Shown here piece by piece: positions 45,159 through 54,840 of a DNA stretch of 64,000 nucleotides. This stretch comes from Rhodothermales bacterium (GTDB lineage Bacteria > Bacteroidota > Rhodothermia > Rhodothermales > UBA10348). The translations under genes and the position numbers were made by a program. The stretch is from positions 497,618-561,617 of the forward strand of contig CBDFGO010000002.1 of assembly GCA_965247125.1 (NCBI GenBank), written 5' to 3'. A model generated the notes under the pieces. It searched no databases. It saw only the letters and a program-made list of their open reading frames with translations, and was not told the origin of the DNA. Numbering within the stretch: position 1 is the first letter of the stretch; every line of letters starts with the position of its first letter.

Positions 45159-46719
45159 GCCTCCCGACGACGATCCAAAAGCCGACGTCTCTGACTGGGA
45201 AGACTGGATAAGCACCATCTTCCCGGGGTTCGCTACGTACGACTTCGCCGATCACCACCGGCAGGTGTGGGATTGGGCCTGGTCGATCGAGGATCGCGTG
45301 CCGATCAATCCTATGGTAGCCGTCTGGGCGCGTGGTGGAGCCAAGTCAACGATCGCGGAGATGATCAGCGTGGCCGTCGGCGCCAAGAAGACGCGCCGCT
45401 ACATCCTCTACGTGTGTGAGACTCAGGAGCAAGCGAATGATCACCTCGAGGAGATCGGAACGATGCTCGAGTCGACAACCGTCGAGCATTATTACCCGTC
45501 GCTTGCGTCCCGTAAGGTCGGCAAATATGGATCCTCCAGGGGTTGGCGCCGGACTCGGCTGCGCACAGCATCCGGCCTGATCATTGACGCACTCGGCCTG
45601 GACAAGGCAAAGCGCGGGGTAAAGCTCGACGGCATGCGGCCGGATCTGTTCATCTTCGACGATATCGACGGCAAGCACGACAGTGAGTTCAAAACGCAGA
45701 AAAAGATCGAGAAGATCACGACGTCGATCCTGCCCTCCGGATCGGAATATTCGACATCTTTGTGGGTGCAGAACCTGATCCACTCCAATTCGATCTTCAA
45801 CCAGATCGTCAAGGGAGAGGCTGGCTTCCTCTACAATGCCACCATCTCGGGCCCCGTTCCGGCGCTCGAGAACTTCACCCACGACTCTACCGAGGACGAA
45901 CAGACCGGCCGGATCCGGTACCGCGTGCTTACGGGCGATCCGACGTGGGAAGGACAGGATGTGGCCACCTGCGAGAAGTTCATTAATGAGTATGGTCCCG
46001 CCGCCTTCAAGAAGGAGTGTCAACACGAGGTTGACGAGCTGATTGGTGGACTCTTTGAGGACATCGAGTTCCGACGGGTAGCCACGCTCGAGGCACCCAG
46101 GATCGACAGGTCTATCGTCTATGTCGACCCCGCTACGACGAATAAGAAGGCCTCGTCCTGCCAGGGCATCGCCGTTGCCGGTATCGACCATCACAAGATT
46201 GGTCACCTTCAGTACGCCTGGGAAGGGCGCATGCAGCCGCGCAGAGCGATTCGCAAGGCGATCCAGGTCGCGGTTCAGGTTGGAGCCATGACGGTGTGGA
46301 TCGAGGGAAACCAGGGCGGCGACACTTGGCTGGATCTAGCCGATCTCATCTGGGAGGAGCTCGTGAAGGAGGAGCTGCTCACCACGGACCGGCGCGGAGC
46401 CAACCGCATCTACCTGAACAAGCCCAAATTTGAGAAAGACACGGCCAGTAAATCCAAGCCCACGCGACATGAGGAGCTGCACACGGCGTATTCACTCGGC
46501 CAGATTGTCCACATCCTCGGGCCGCATGAAGCGGCAGAAACCGCCCTCAACCGCCTGACGACAGGTGGCACTCAGCCTATCGGCCCGCTCGACCTGGCCG
46601 ACGCCATCTACGGCGTGATGTCGAAGCTAATTCAGATGAGCAAGTCGGCCGGCTGGTCGAAGGCCAAGCGTTTTTCAGACCCCCGCAACAAGCCCTCACA
46701 ACCTCGCATACGCAGATAA
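45082..46719 (+). CDS. terL: terminase large subunit
   Basis: Walker A-like WARGGAKST and Walker B LFIFDDIDGKHD. C-terminal RNase H-like nuclease segment IVYVDPATTNKKASSCQGIAVAGID. The GTG start overlaps the upstream ORF, so the exact start is uncertain. Confidence 0.85.
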   Translation: MNPIHFGTYRPPLRDRFFLDLAEKLEPPDDDPKADVSDWEDWISTIFPGFATYDFADHHRQVWDWAWSIEDRVPINPMVAVWARGGAKSTIAEMISVAVGAKKTRRYILYVCETQEQANDHLEEIGTMLESTTVEHYYPSLASRKVGKYGSSRGWRRTRLRTASGLIIDALGLDKAKRGVKLDGMRPDLFIFDDIDGKHDSEFKTQKKIEKITTSILPSGSEYSTSLWVQNLIHSNSIFNQIVKGEAGFLYNATISGPVPALENFTHDSTEDEQTGRIRYRVLTGDPTWEGQDVATCEKFINEYGPAAFKKECQHEVDELIGGLFEDIEFRRVATLEAPRIDRSIVYVDPATTNKKASSCQGIAVAGIDHHKIGHLQYAWEGRMQPRRAIRKAIQVAVQVGAMTVWIEGNQGGDTWLDLADLIWEELVKEELLTTDRRGANRIYLNKPKFEKDTASKSKPTRHEELHTAYSLGQIVHILGPHEAAETALNRLTTGGTQPIGPLDLADAIYGVMSKLIQMSKSAGWSKAKRFSDPRNKPSQPRIRR

Positions 46720-46723
46720 AGTC

Positions 46724-48313
46724 ATGCCAATCAATGCGGTCCTGGTCAAAAAAATCATCAAGTCGGAGCATCCGACCTGGCAAAAGTATCACGAGATCTG
46801 GCAGCGCAACGAAGAGTATCTGCTCGGTGATCCGTCCGTCTACGACGACCTGAAGAAATACATCTGGGAGCTTGCGGGAGACACCGTCAGTCACGATGAG
46901 CGCAAAAAGGAAGCCATCTACATGAACTTCATGGGTATGGTGGCCGAGAAGATGACGGGCACGCTGCGCGAACAGCCTGGTGTATTTGATTATGGCACGC
47001 TCGGCGAGCTGGCTGATCCGGACTCGGTAGCGAGCATGTTGCACCGAAACTTCGATGGCGTCGGAGAAGATGCCCGCGGAGCTCACGCCTTCTGGATGGA
47101 CACACTGGCCCTGGCATGGGCGACGTCCTTCCGATGGGTCTTCACCGAATCGACAGTGCAGGGAGCGAAAACGAAGGCCGACGAGAGAGCAGGAATGCGG
47201 CCCTATGCTGTTGACTACTCTCCTGTGAGCTCGCCCAACTGGCACTTCGCCAACGGCGAGCTGCAGTGGGTTTACTTCAAGCTCAAGCGCCGCGACCTGC
47301 GCGTCGAGGGAAGCGAATTCAAGGACGAGTCAAAGGATGCCTACTACATCCTGGTGAAGGCGGGATACGAGGGCCTCGGAGATGATTTCGCCGGCGGTGG
47401 CTGGTGGATGGTCGACGAGAAGGGAAACGAGATCGAAAGCCCGACCGGACCGATGCAGGGCGACTGGACGAAAACGAATGGCCACATTCCGATCGCACGG
47501 CTCTTCTACGTTCGCAAGAAGGGCTCCGAAATCACGCCGCCAACGTCGGAAGACGCGCGCCGGCTGAGCCTGCAGCACATGAACCTGCTCTCGGATCTGC
47601 TAAACGATGCTCACACTTCGGGCAGCCGGCAGATATTCATGACCGTATCTTACGAACAGTGGGACTCGATGGTGAACCCGAAGACGGGGGAAGGCGTGGC
47701 GGAGCACGAGGAATCGAGCGAGGGTGGAGCCTCTACGAGCCCCATCTATGGAAAGATCGTTCCGGTTCCTGCCGAACCCGGTGTTCGAAACACCTTCTTC
47801 GATACAGGATCGGTCACGGCCTCCGGTGCGGTGACCGCAGCTCTTACGGCATGCCTCGAGCGCTTCACGCGCTTCATGCTCCGCGAGATATCATCAGCAC
47901 CCGGTGAGTCTGGTGAGGCCCGGCGCGTCATGTCGCTCGACGGCCTCAGTCCGAAGCTCGTCCATCTGGCTTCGAATCTCGAGGAGGCTCGGACGGCGAC
48001 CGTTCGCAACCTCGAGATGCGCTGGGGAAATCCGAAGCCGACGGGTGGCGTGACCTGGAATAAACGATTCGACCTTCGCGGCGCCGTCGCCAAACTTCGC
48101 GAGATCGTCGACCTGATGAATGCCGCCGGCTTCACCAGTAAGTCTGTTCTGCTCCGGATGTTCTTGCGTGGACTCGAGGAGATTGGTTTCGATCTGGACA
48201 AGGAAGACGGTGAGGGCAACATCACGGAAAAATCTATCCAGGCAGAGATCGAGGCGTCGCTGGCGAGTGAGGCGCAGCGCAGCGCCCTGGACAGCGAGTT
48301 CACGGGATTCTAA
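46724..48313 (+). CDS. portal protein
   Basis: 529 aa, immediately after TerL and before a MuF-like gene. Assigned by position and size. Confidence 0.6.
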   Translation: MPINAVLVKKIIKSEHPTWQKYHEIWQRNEEYLLGDPSVYDDLKKYIWELAGDTVSHDERKKEAIYMNFMGMVAEKMTGTLREQPGVFDYGTLGELADPDSVASMLHRNFDGVGEDARGAHAFWMDTLALAWATSFRWVFTESTVQGAKTKADERAGMRPYAVDYSPVSSPNWHFANGELQWVYFKLKRRDLRVEGSEFKDESKDAYYILVKAGYEGLGDDFAGGGWWMVDEKGNEIESPTGPMQGDWTKTNGHIPIARLFYVRKKGSEITPPTSEDARRLSLQHMNLLSDLLNDAHTSGSRQIFMTVSYEQWDSMVNPKTGEGVAEHEESSEGGASTSPIYGKIVPVPAEPGVRNTFFDTGSVTASGAVTAALTACLERFTRFMLREISSAPGESGEARRVMSLDGLSPKLVHLASNLEEARTATVRNLEMRWGNPKPTGGVTWNKRFDLRGAVAKLREIVDLMNAAGFTSKSVLLRMFLRGLEEIGFDLDKEDGEGNITEKSIQAEIEASLASEAQRSALDSEFTGF

Positions 48314-48316
48314 TCG

Positions 48317-49450
48317 ATGGCCCATTTCGCCCATGAATACCGACGCTTGATCGCCGAGGGCCGGCGTGCATTCCTGGCGCCCGATGGAGACGCCCAGCGT
48401 TTCCTTCGGCAGCTCTACGACGAGTATGCCCGGATGCTTGTCCGCCTGGTTGGTGACGGATCGTCTGGACTGATTACCGCAGCCCGCGCTGAGCAGCTCT
48501 CGAGGAGCCTGATCAATCGCATGCGATCGCTCGATACGACGCTTGCCAGTGCCTTCGATGCCGCCCGCGATTCGACGTTCGAGACCGTCGTATCCGCTCA
48601 CGAGGCGGCGATCGCTGCAGCCGGTGCAAGCGTGGGAATTCGTGTGGCCACTACGTTCGCCGACGTACCAGATCTGGCCGTCAAGCTCATGATGGTTCGG
48701 CGCGGCCTCGGCTTGGCGACTACCTTTCGTACGCTGGCCAACCGCAGGGTAACGCAGGCCGCGGCCGATGTGGATCGCTTGTTGATATCTGCCGTGGCCA
48801 GGGGAGAGAGTGAACGCGCCACCCGCCACGAGCTCGCCTTCATTCTCGGCGGCAACGATCCGCGCCTCTTGGAGACCCTTCGCCACCTGGGTCCCGGGGG
48901 CGGTCGGACCAGGCAGGCGATCCAGGCAGGCATCATTCTGCCGGACGTGGACGTGAAGGCGGCAAAGCGCCTGCTCTCCGACTCGAGGCGAATTGCGCAG
49001 ACGGAGATCAACACCGCCTATTCCGAGGCCGACACCGTGGCCTCGATGCGCAGCCAGGTGATCGCCTACTTGATCTGGCTACTCTCGGAGATCCATTCGT
49101 CTCTCTCGTCGGCTCCGGATGTTTGCGACGTCCTCGCCGAGCAGGACTGGTATGGGCTAGGCCCCGGGGGATTTCCACCGCCGGCCTTTCCCTCGCCTCC
49201 GCACCCATACGACCAGTGCGGCCGAAAACACATGCTCAAGGATCCGCGCGACTGGGGCAAACCGCGCGCGCCATATAGACGGCCCGATTACCAGGATGTG
49301 GAAAACAAGCATTCATCAAAGCGGATTCTGAATAGCCGGCAGCGACCGGGTGGGAGAACAGCGACAAACGACCACGTGGCGCGCCAGCGGGCTCTCGCTC
49401 GAGAGGTCGTCGATCGGTCCTACCAGGTGTCGCGCGATTTCGAGCTATGA
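48317..49450 (+). CDS. head morphogenesis protein (SPP1 gp7 / Mu F-like)
   Basis: QTEINTAYSEA and PPHPYDQCG segments match the MuF-domain pattern (...H.nCrC-like). It follows the portal gene. Confidence 0.65.
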   Translation: MAHFAHEYRRLIAEGRRAFLAPDGDAQRFLRQLYDEYARMLVRLVGDGSSGLITAARAEQLSRSLINRMRSLDTTLASAFDAARDSTFETVVSAHEAAIAAAGASVGIRVATTFADVPDLAVKLMMVRRGLGLATTFRTLANRRVTQAAADVDRLLISAVARGESERATRHELAFILGGNDPRLLETLRHLGPGGGRTRQAIQAGIILPDVDVKAAKRLLSDSRRIAQTEINTAYSEADTVASMRSQVIAYLIWLLSEIHSSLSSAPDVCDVLAEQDWYGLGPGGFPPPAFPSPPHPYDQCGRKHMLKDPRDWGKPRAPYRRPDYQDVENKHSSKRILNSRQRPGGRTATNDHVARQRALAREVVDRSYQVSRDFEL

Positions 49451-50262
49451 TCGTCGGTGTCCATCAGCCGAACGGCGGTCGGCAGGTCGGGGAGTACGGT
49501 GTTCTCGAATCCGAACAAACTACCGCAGGCGCCGGCGTTCAACCTCAGGGCCGACCGCCTGCAGCGCGAGACTGCGCTAAAATCCCTGTTCAAAGAAATG
49601 TACCTACGGGTATGCTGCGCAGCATCAATGACGGCCAGCTGGGAGACATCGGCAGAGCGGTCTCAGATGGCGCTGCGCGCTACGGAATGTCATTCGAAAC
49701 GCTCGAGCTCTCAAACACAGGACAGTACTTCGCGGCCGAGGGGTTTGCACTCACTGAAGGACGTCGTCTGAAGCTCGACATGGGCCTCATTATCGACGAG
49801 CACTTCATGCGAAACGCCACGAAGATTGCCGAGCAGATGAAGACCGAATTCGAGCAGAGGAAGCGAAGCCCCCTGTACTCGATGCGGCGCCGGCAGGCCG
49901 TGCTGTCTGGCGGAGACCCCGAATCGGAGCGGCTTCTGCGCCGGCTGAATGCCGCCCAACATGCCGATCATCAGCTGACGATGGAGGCCGATCCTGACAA
50001 TGCTCTTTACATGGCCGTCTTGCATGAGAGTGGCCACGGTGTTTATTTCTCCTATGCTCTCGTGGGGCAGTTCCTGCCCAACCTGCGTCGCTTTGGTGTA
50101 GGCCCGAACGACATCGCCAAGGTTTCGCTTTACGCTGGCTCGGATCCGAAGGAGTTGTGGGCCGAGGCGTTCGCCATGATCCATGCCGGCCACGAGTCGA
50201 TGATTCCCTCGAGAGTGGTCCGTGCCATCCTGGCAACGCTTCAGAAGATTCCGAAATCGTAG
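49447..50262 (+). CDS. zincin-like protein (HExxH) in the head module
   Basis: YMAVLHESGHGVYFSY (H-E-x-x-H) with downstream SLYAGSDPKELWAEAFAMIH. The first ~55 codons look non-protein-like. A start at 49612 (MLRSINDGQ) is more plausible. Confidence 0.5.
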   Translation: MIVGVHQPNGGRQVGEYGVLESEQTTAGAGVQPQGRPPAARDCAKIPVQRNVPTGMLRSINDGQLGDIGRAVSDGAARYGMSFETLELSNTGQYFAAEGFALTEGRRLKLDMGLIIDEHFMRNATKIAEQMKTEFEQRKRSPLYSMRRRQAVLSGGDPESERLLRRLNAAQHADHQLTMEADPDNALYMAVLHESGHGVYFSYALVGQFLPNLRRFGVGPNDIAKVSLYAGSDPKELWAEAFAMIHAGHESMIPSRVVRAILATLQKIPKS

Positions 50263-50300
50263 CTTTCGAAAACCGTTAAACTGACTCAAATGCTTAACTA

Positions 50301-50507
50301 ATGCTCAGACCTATCTACACACAGTGTCTCAGCTGCAAGCATTATCTCGGTGGCCACGAATGCCTGGCCTTTCCCAATCAGATCCCCGACGAGATCTGGA
50401 CTGGAGAATTTGTGCATAACAAGCCGTGGCCCGACGAAAAGGAACCAAAAGACCAGGGAATTCACCATACTCCCGCCGTTTCTCGAGGCGAAAAAGGCGG
50501 CAAGTAG
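50301..50507 (+). CDS. small Cys-containing phage protein, unknown function
   Basis: 68 aa, with CLSCKHYLGGHEC near the N-terminus. Confidence 0.4.
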   Translation: MLRPIYTQCLSCKHYLGGHECLAFPNQIPDEIWTGEFVHNKPWPDEKEPKDQGIHHTPAVSRGEKGGK

Positions 50508-50599
50508 TTTTTAATTCCCGTTTGGCGTTGAACAATTCTCTTTGAATGAGTATATATATCCCTCAACGGGGCCCTCGTAGAGCCCTGGCCTAGTGCCAA

Positions 50600-50674
50600 A
50601 TCTATGCTTTCGGTCCTCGTGGAACCGTGATCCATGCTTTCGGCCCTCGCAGAGCCGCGATCTGTGCTTTCGGA
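50600..50674. repeat. 30-bp tandem repeat, 2.5 copies, intergenic upstream of the scaffold gene
   Basis: atctatgctttcggtcctcgtggaaccgtg (50600-50629), atccatgctttcggccctcgcagagccgcg (50630-50659) and atctgtgctttcgg (50660-50674). A related half-unit ggggccctcgtagagccctg lies at about 50567-50586. Confidence 0.85.
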
Positions 50675-50699
50675 AAAACACATCCGCAACAGTGTACCT

Positions 50700-51482
50700 A
50701 TGAAGACTTGGGAAGAGCTACTCGAAGCGTTCAAGAAACTGGTCGACGAGGCCGTTGGCGATAAAAAGGGTGATGAAGCGAAGACGGCGAGAGCCGAATC
50801 CTACGCCAAGCTGCCCCGGGAAGTGCGACAGCATTTCAACGACGCCGGCCGAGCCGCAGCCGAAGGACCGCTCAACCAGGAGGTCACCGATCTCAAGGAA
50901 GAGAATGAGAAGCTCACTACCCAGGCCGAAACTGCAGAATCACGTGTCCAGGAGCTCGAGAAAGATCCGGAAGGCGCCACCAAACGCGAAGCGGAGCTGA
51001 AAGAGGAAAACGAAAGCCTCACGACGCAACTCGCTGACGAAAAGGCTGGTCGCAAGACGGATACCGAGAGCCACAAGGCGGAAAACGAAAAGGCCTCTTT
51101 AGAGGGCATGATCAAGGACCTGATAGCAACCGGAAGCAAACGTTTTGACTCAGCATGGTTTGAACTTGAAGTACGAAAAGCCCAGGATGAAAACCGCATC
51201 CGAGTGGTTGACGGCAAGATTCAAATCATTGCGAAGGGACTCAAGACGCCAATTGCGGAAGAGACTACCGAGGGCCTGATCACCGCTTTCATCGATGAGG
51301 TTGCCACTGACGCCCCCGATACTCGCGTCCTTTCCGACACCGATAACGGTGCTGGAACAGATGGGAAGGGAGGTAGCGGCAATGGTATCGTCGACCAAGC
51401 ACGTAAAGCTGCCGAACGCCTGAAAGCAGATCCAGCCGCGATCGACAAAGAGATCGAAGAGCGTCTGAGTTCGCTGGGGTAA
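50700..51482 (+). CDS. scaffolding protein (acidic coiled coil)
   Basis: The start at 50700 (MKTWEELLEAF) is preferred. E/K-rich heptad-like sequence, positioned before the capsid genes. Confidence 0.55.
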   Translation: MKTWEELLEAFKKLVDEAVGDKKGDEAKTARAESYAKLPREVRQHFNDAGRAAAEGPLNQEVTDLKEENEKLTTQAETAESRVQELEKDPEGATKREAELKEENESLTTQLADEKAGRKTDTESHKAENEKASLEGMIKDLIATGSKRFDSAWFELEVRKAQDENRIRVVDGKIQIIAKGLKTPIAEETTEGLITAFIDEVATDAPDTRVLSDTDNGAGTDGKGGSGNGIVDQARKAAERLKADPAAIDKEIEERLSSLG

Positions 51483-51570
51483 GATTCCGAAGTCCGTAGG
51501 TGAAAAAGTGAGCCGCTCGCCGGCTTATTGAACCATTGGGCCATCGTGGCTCACAAAAACGGACTGAATC

Positions 51571-52185
51571 ATGATTAAGCGGAAAACAATCCGGGCAGGT
51601 GGCGTGAGCCTCACCAATGCCCCGTTTGTCGGTCCTGTGGACCACACTTCGAGCATTCGTGTCGATCTGTCTGATCTGGGCACGGACGAAGTCGATACCG
51701 ACGGTGTCATCAAGCCAGGCGTGCCTCTGACCAAAAATGGCAAGCTCGTCACGCGTCGACCTGGAATGCATCAGATCATCGTCGCCGGCGGTGTTGCTGG
51801 TGCTCTCACAGCGACCGGCGTGAAAACGACTGATCGCCTCGTGACTGTCGCCAACCTGGTGGGCGGTGCCGATTTGATCGGTGAGACCACGATTACAGCT
51901 GACGATCAGATCACGACCACGACAACGGATACCTCTTCGGACTTTCTCCTCGTCACGTTCTTCGTCGAAGACCAGTACGTCTTTGGCGTAACGATCGGAG
52001 CCCAGGTCGTTGCCGATGGCAACACCTCGGCCCTGCTTGATGCTGCAGGAAACATCGACATCGCTCTTGCTCGCATCTGCCTCGCGCAGCGTGCGGTGAT
52101 CGAAGACAACCTTGGCCGTGCACTCACCGCGAACGAAGTACTTGGCTTCCGGGCCGAGGGTTCGCAGTGCGCCCTCGTCGAGTAA
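51571..52185 (+). CDS. capsid accessory / head decoration-like protein (putative)
   Basis: 204-aa beta-rich protein between the scaffold and major capsid genes, analogous to lambda D before E. Assigned by position only. Confidence 0.35.
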   Translation: MIKRKTIRAGGVSLTNAPFVGPVDHTSSIRVDLSDLGTDEVDTDGVIKPGVPLTKNGKLVTRRPGMHQIIVAGGVAGALTATGVKTTDRLVTVANLVGGADLIGETTITADDQITTTTTDTSSDFLLVTFFVEDQYVFGVTIGAQVVADGNTSALLDAAGNIDIALARICLAQRAVIEDNLGRALTANEVLGFRAEGSQCALVE

Positions 52186-52256
52186 TTCAGGAACCAGCGA
52201 ACAAGTGAATTGAGGGCATTCGTCCTCGTCATCGCATAGACATTTGGAGAAAAGTC

Positions 52257-53327
52257 ATGCATTGGATTAAAGAAATTGCACTGTTGAGCGCTGTGGCCCT
52301 GACGGCGCAGGCTCAGGTGTTCGGTGTCAACGATATTGACCCGGCCAAGCAGATGCTGTATCCGGCCCTCTATTCAGAGGCCAGTATCGACAGCATCGTT
52401 ATCAACGAGATCTTGAATCTCGATGAACGCTACGTATCGGATCGGCGCCCGTGGAATGCCCGCGGAAGGCGAATCCCGATGCAGGTCCCCAAAACAACCG
52501 AGACCACGATCGTTCCGATTGAGGCGTACGATACGCTCGATGAATTGGAACTGACCAAGCTTCGGGAAAAAGCGAATCACAATCTCGCTCTGTTTCGGGA
52601 CATCGTCGGAAACAGCATTCCTGCGCGCATCAAACGACTGGTCGCCGCGAATCATCGCCGCGTCGAAGTTGACGCGATTGAAGCGTGGGCCAAGGGGCAG
52701 ATCACCGTTCGAAACTCTGAAACAGGGCTGACCGAAGTCGTCAGTCTCGGATTTGGATCGAGCCGCTACCAGGTAGCTTCAACCGCCTGGGACGATGGTG
52801 GTGAAGATGCTTTTGTCGAGCTCGTAGCTTTCGTCAAGAACGCGAAGAACACGTTTGGCCAGGTGCGAGGCGTCATGCTGAGCCAGCAGGTGCTCGACGA
52901 GATCACCAAGGATGCTCCGAACAACATCCCGGGGATCAACCAGGCCGTCGAAGTGACGAAGGGGCAGCTCGAGGAGATGCTCACTAAGCAGTTCGGTCAC
53001 GGCTTCAAGTTCTTCGTCAACGAACGAACGGCGGACGTTTTCGACAATGCGGGCACAGCCTTCACGCGCACGCGCGTCTGGCCAGTGGGTGTTGTCGCTG
53101 CCATTCCGGCCGGCTCCGCTACGATCGGAACGCTCTACAAAGCACCCTCCACCCGCGCCATGCACATCATGGCCGAAGCCGGCGGAAAGTCGCTCGAGCA
53201 GCAGGGAATGATGGTCTTTCCAGAATCTACCGGTAACGGTCGTGGACTCACGATCGAATGCCAGTGCAACTGGATCCCGCTTCCCAATGAGAACTGGGTC
53301 TACGTGGTGGATACGCTAATTACGTAG
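52257..53327 (+). CDS. major capsid protein (lambda gpE-like family, putative)
   Basis: 356 aa in the capsid position, with a general resemblance to the Phage_cap_E layout. The hydrophobic N-terminus makes the exact start uncertain. Confidence 0.55.
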   Translation: MHWIKEIALLSAVALTAQAQVFGVNDIDPAKQMLYPALYSEASIDSIVINEILNLDERYVSDRRPWNARGRRIPMQVPKTTETTIVPIEAYDTLDELELTKLREKANHNLALFRDIVGNSIPARIKRLVAANHRRVEVDAIEAWAKGQITVRNSETGLTEVVSLGFGSSRYQVASTAWDDGGEDAFVELVAFVKNAKNTFGQVRGVMLSQQVLDEITKDAPNNIPGINQAVEVTKGQLEEMLTKQFGHGFKFFVNERTADVFDNAGTAFTRTRVWPVGVVAAIPAGSATIGTLYKAPSTRAMHIMAEAGGKSLEQQGMMVFPESTGNGRGLTIECQCNWIPLPNENWVYVVDTLIT

Positions 53328-53423
53328 TGACCCTACTCGCGGAGACGTGGCCGGGCCGGACGGGGGTCTGAGCCCGGTCACTGATCCGTTTTTACATCCC
53401 TAAAACATCATAGAGATATCACC

Positions 53424-53705
53424 ATGTCAAAATTAATCTCCACCATCCGACTCAAGGGCAAGCCGTTCTTCCCAGGCGATAAAGGCGCGGGCCAGAAGGA
53501 CATGTCGAACCAGTTTTTTGAAGCAGCGAAGACGACGAAGGTCGACATCGTTCGCCTGGTCGAAGGCAATCACGTCGAGCTCTCCGACTCTGAGTACGAC
53601 GAGCTGCTCGACGCACAAAATCGTCTGGCCAATCCTGATGCGGCTAAAACGGCAAAAGCCAAAGCTGCTGCTGCAAAGACGAAAACGGCCGCTTCCTCGA
53701 AGTAA
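53424..53705 (+). CDS. small phage protein with Lys/Ala-rich tail
   Basis: 93 aa, ending AKTAKAKAAAAKTKTAASSK. Confidence 0.45.
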   Translation: MSKLISTIRLKGKPFFPGDKGAGQKDMSNQFFEAAKTTKVDIVRLVEGNHVELSDSEYDELLDAQNRLANPDAAKTAKAKAAAAKTKTAASSK

Positions 53706-53711
53706 TTCGGC

Positions 53712-54074
53712 ATGGTCACCTTTGACATCACATCCCGCGGCGACCTCACGGTAGAGGCCAAGCAACTCCTGGCTGCAGACTCGGACGCGTTTGACAGTTA
53801 TGTCATTCGCGCCGAAAAGCAGCTCGGATTGCATGCGAAGACCTATACCGGTGATGATCTGCTGCAGGCGAAGCTGGCGCTCGTTCGCCAGGTGATCCTA
53901 CTGATTGCGATCGACACGGATACGCTCATAAAAGCGATGGCCGTGCTCGGAAGCGAGACCAATGTCTACAAGACAGGTTCGCCTCCGGAAATCGATCCAG
54001 TCGCTGCGGGAATCGTGAGGTCGCTGGGCCTCGCCAGTCCGAACAGATTTCAATCGGTGCGGAGGCTGAAATGA
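53712..54074 (+). CDS. head-tail connector protein (putative)
   Basis: 120 aa. First of four small overlapping genes between the capsid and major tail genes. Assigned by synteny. Confidence 0.35.
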   Translation: MVTFDITSRGDLTVEAKQLLAADSDAFDSYVIRAEKQLGLHAKTYTGDDLLQAKLALVRQVILLIAIDTDTLIKAMAVLGSETNVYKTGSPPEIDPVAAGIVRSLGLASPNRFQSVRRLK

Positions 54075-54412
54075 AGTGGCTCGACACACTTGTTCTGACC
54101 GTTCCGGTTGAGCCGGTAGATCCAGATCTCGACGACGAGTACGGCGACCAGGCTCTGCCATCTCCAACCGAGGAGTACAGCGGCGAGTGCAATGCGCAGC
54201 CGCAGTCGCACCGGATGAACCTGCAGCTCTCGGGCGACGACGAGGTGAAGGCTCATGATCGAATCTTCATACCGAGAGGGGGAAATGTCGAGGCGTTTTC
54301 GAGTGGGGCCGACGCCGTCCTGACCCGGGGGAAGACCTCACAGCAGCTGACGGGTGATCTCGTCGGCAAGGACGCACTTTCAAATTCAGTGATGATCAGA
54401 TGGCGCGTGTAA
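54071..54412 (+). CDS. head closure / head-tail adaptor protein (putative)
   Basis: 113 aa with a 4-nt overlap with the previous gene. Assigned by synteny. Confidence 0.35.
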   Translation: MKWLDTLVLTVPVEPVDPDLDDEYGDQALPSPTEEYSGECNAQPQSHRMNLQLSGDDEVKAHDRIFIPRGGNVEAFSSGADAVLTRGKTSQQLTGDLVGKDALSNSVMIRWRV

Positions 54413-54840
54413 CGGTAACAGACAATGCAGATTTCGTCTTTGCAAAGCTACGGGCTTTGTCAAAGCCGCAGGTGCATACGTTTACGCTCCTCAATAACAA
54501 GGAATATGCCGGCGCCGTTCATGACATCGAAGGGATATCCGTCTTCAACGTGGATGTCACCAAAGATTTCATCCGGCTCTCGATCGAGGAGATGATGTCC
54601 AAGGGCATCCCGCCCACAAAGCGCAATATCGAGCGGGCGCTCGAGGCCGCTGGTTGGGAGATCATGGACTGGCACCGCAGCTACATCGACGAGGTGGCGC
54701 CACCGCTCAGAGCTGGTGGCCCAGACCGGCCGAAGCACCCGACAGGATTCGCTGACGTCTCGCACAATCTCAAGAACGCATTTCGCTTCCGCGTGAACAA
54801 TCGCGCCGAAGACGGATCCAGCCTCGAGGGAGCGTTGTGA
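54400..54840 (+). CDS. HK97 gp10-like neck/tail component (putative)
   Basis: KHPTGFADVSHNLKNAFRFRV resembles the gp10-family G.AD.tGNL.ns motif. Supported by synteny. Confidence 0.4.
   Translation: MARVTVTDNADFVFAKLRALSKPQVHTFTLLNNKEYAGAVHDIEGISVFNVDVTKDFIRLSIEEMMSKGIPPTKRNIERALEAAGWEIMDWHRSYIDEVAPPLRAGGPDRPKHPTGFADVSHNLKNAFRFRVNNRAEDGSSLEGAL

Noticed and set aside
45346-50289. Minus-strand ORFs 45346-46206, 46577-47245, 47894-48886 and 49711-50289 opposite the terminase, portal, MuF and zincin genes
   Set aside because: They are shadow ORFs in a co-directional late operon with no independent support.
50600-50674. Possible CRISPR array
   Set aside because: The repeats are directly abutting 30-bp units with no spacers, there are only 2.5 copies, and no cas genes are present.
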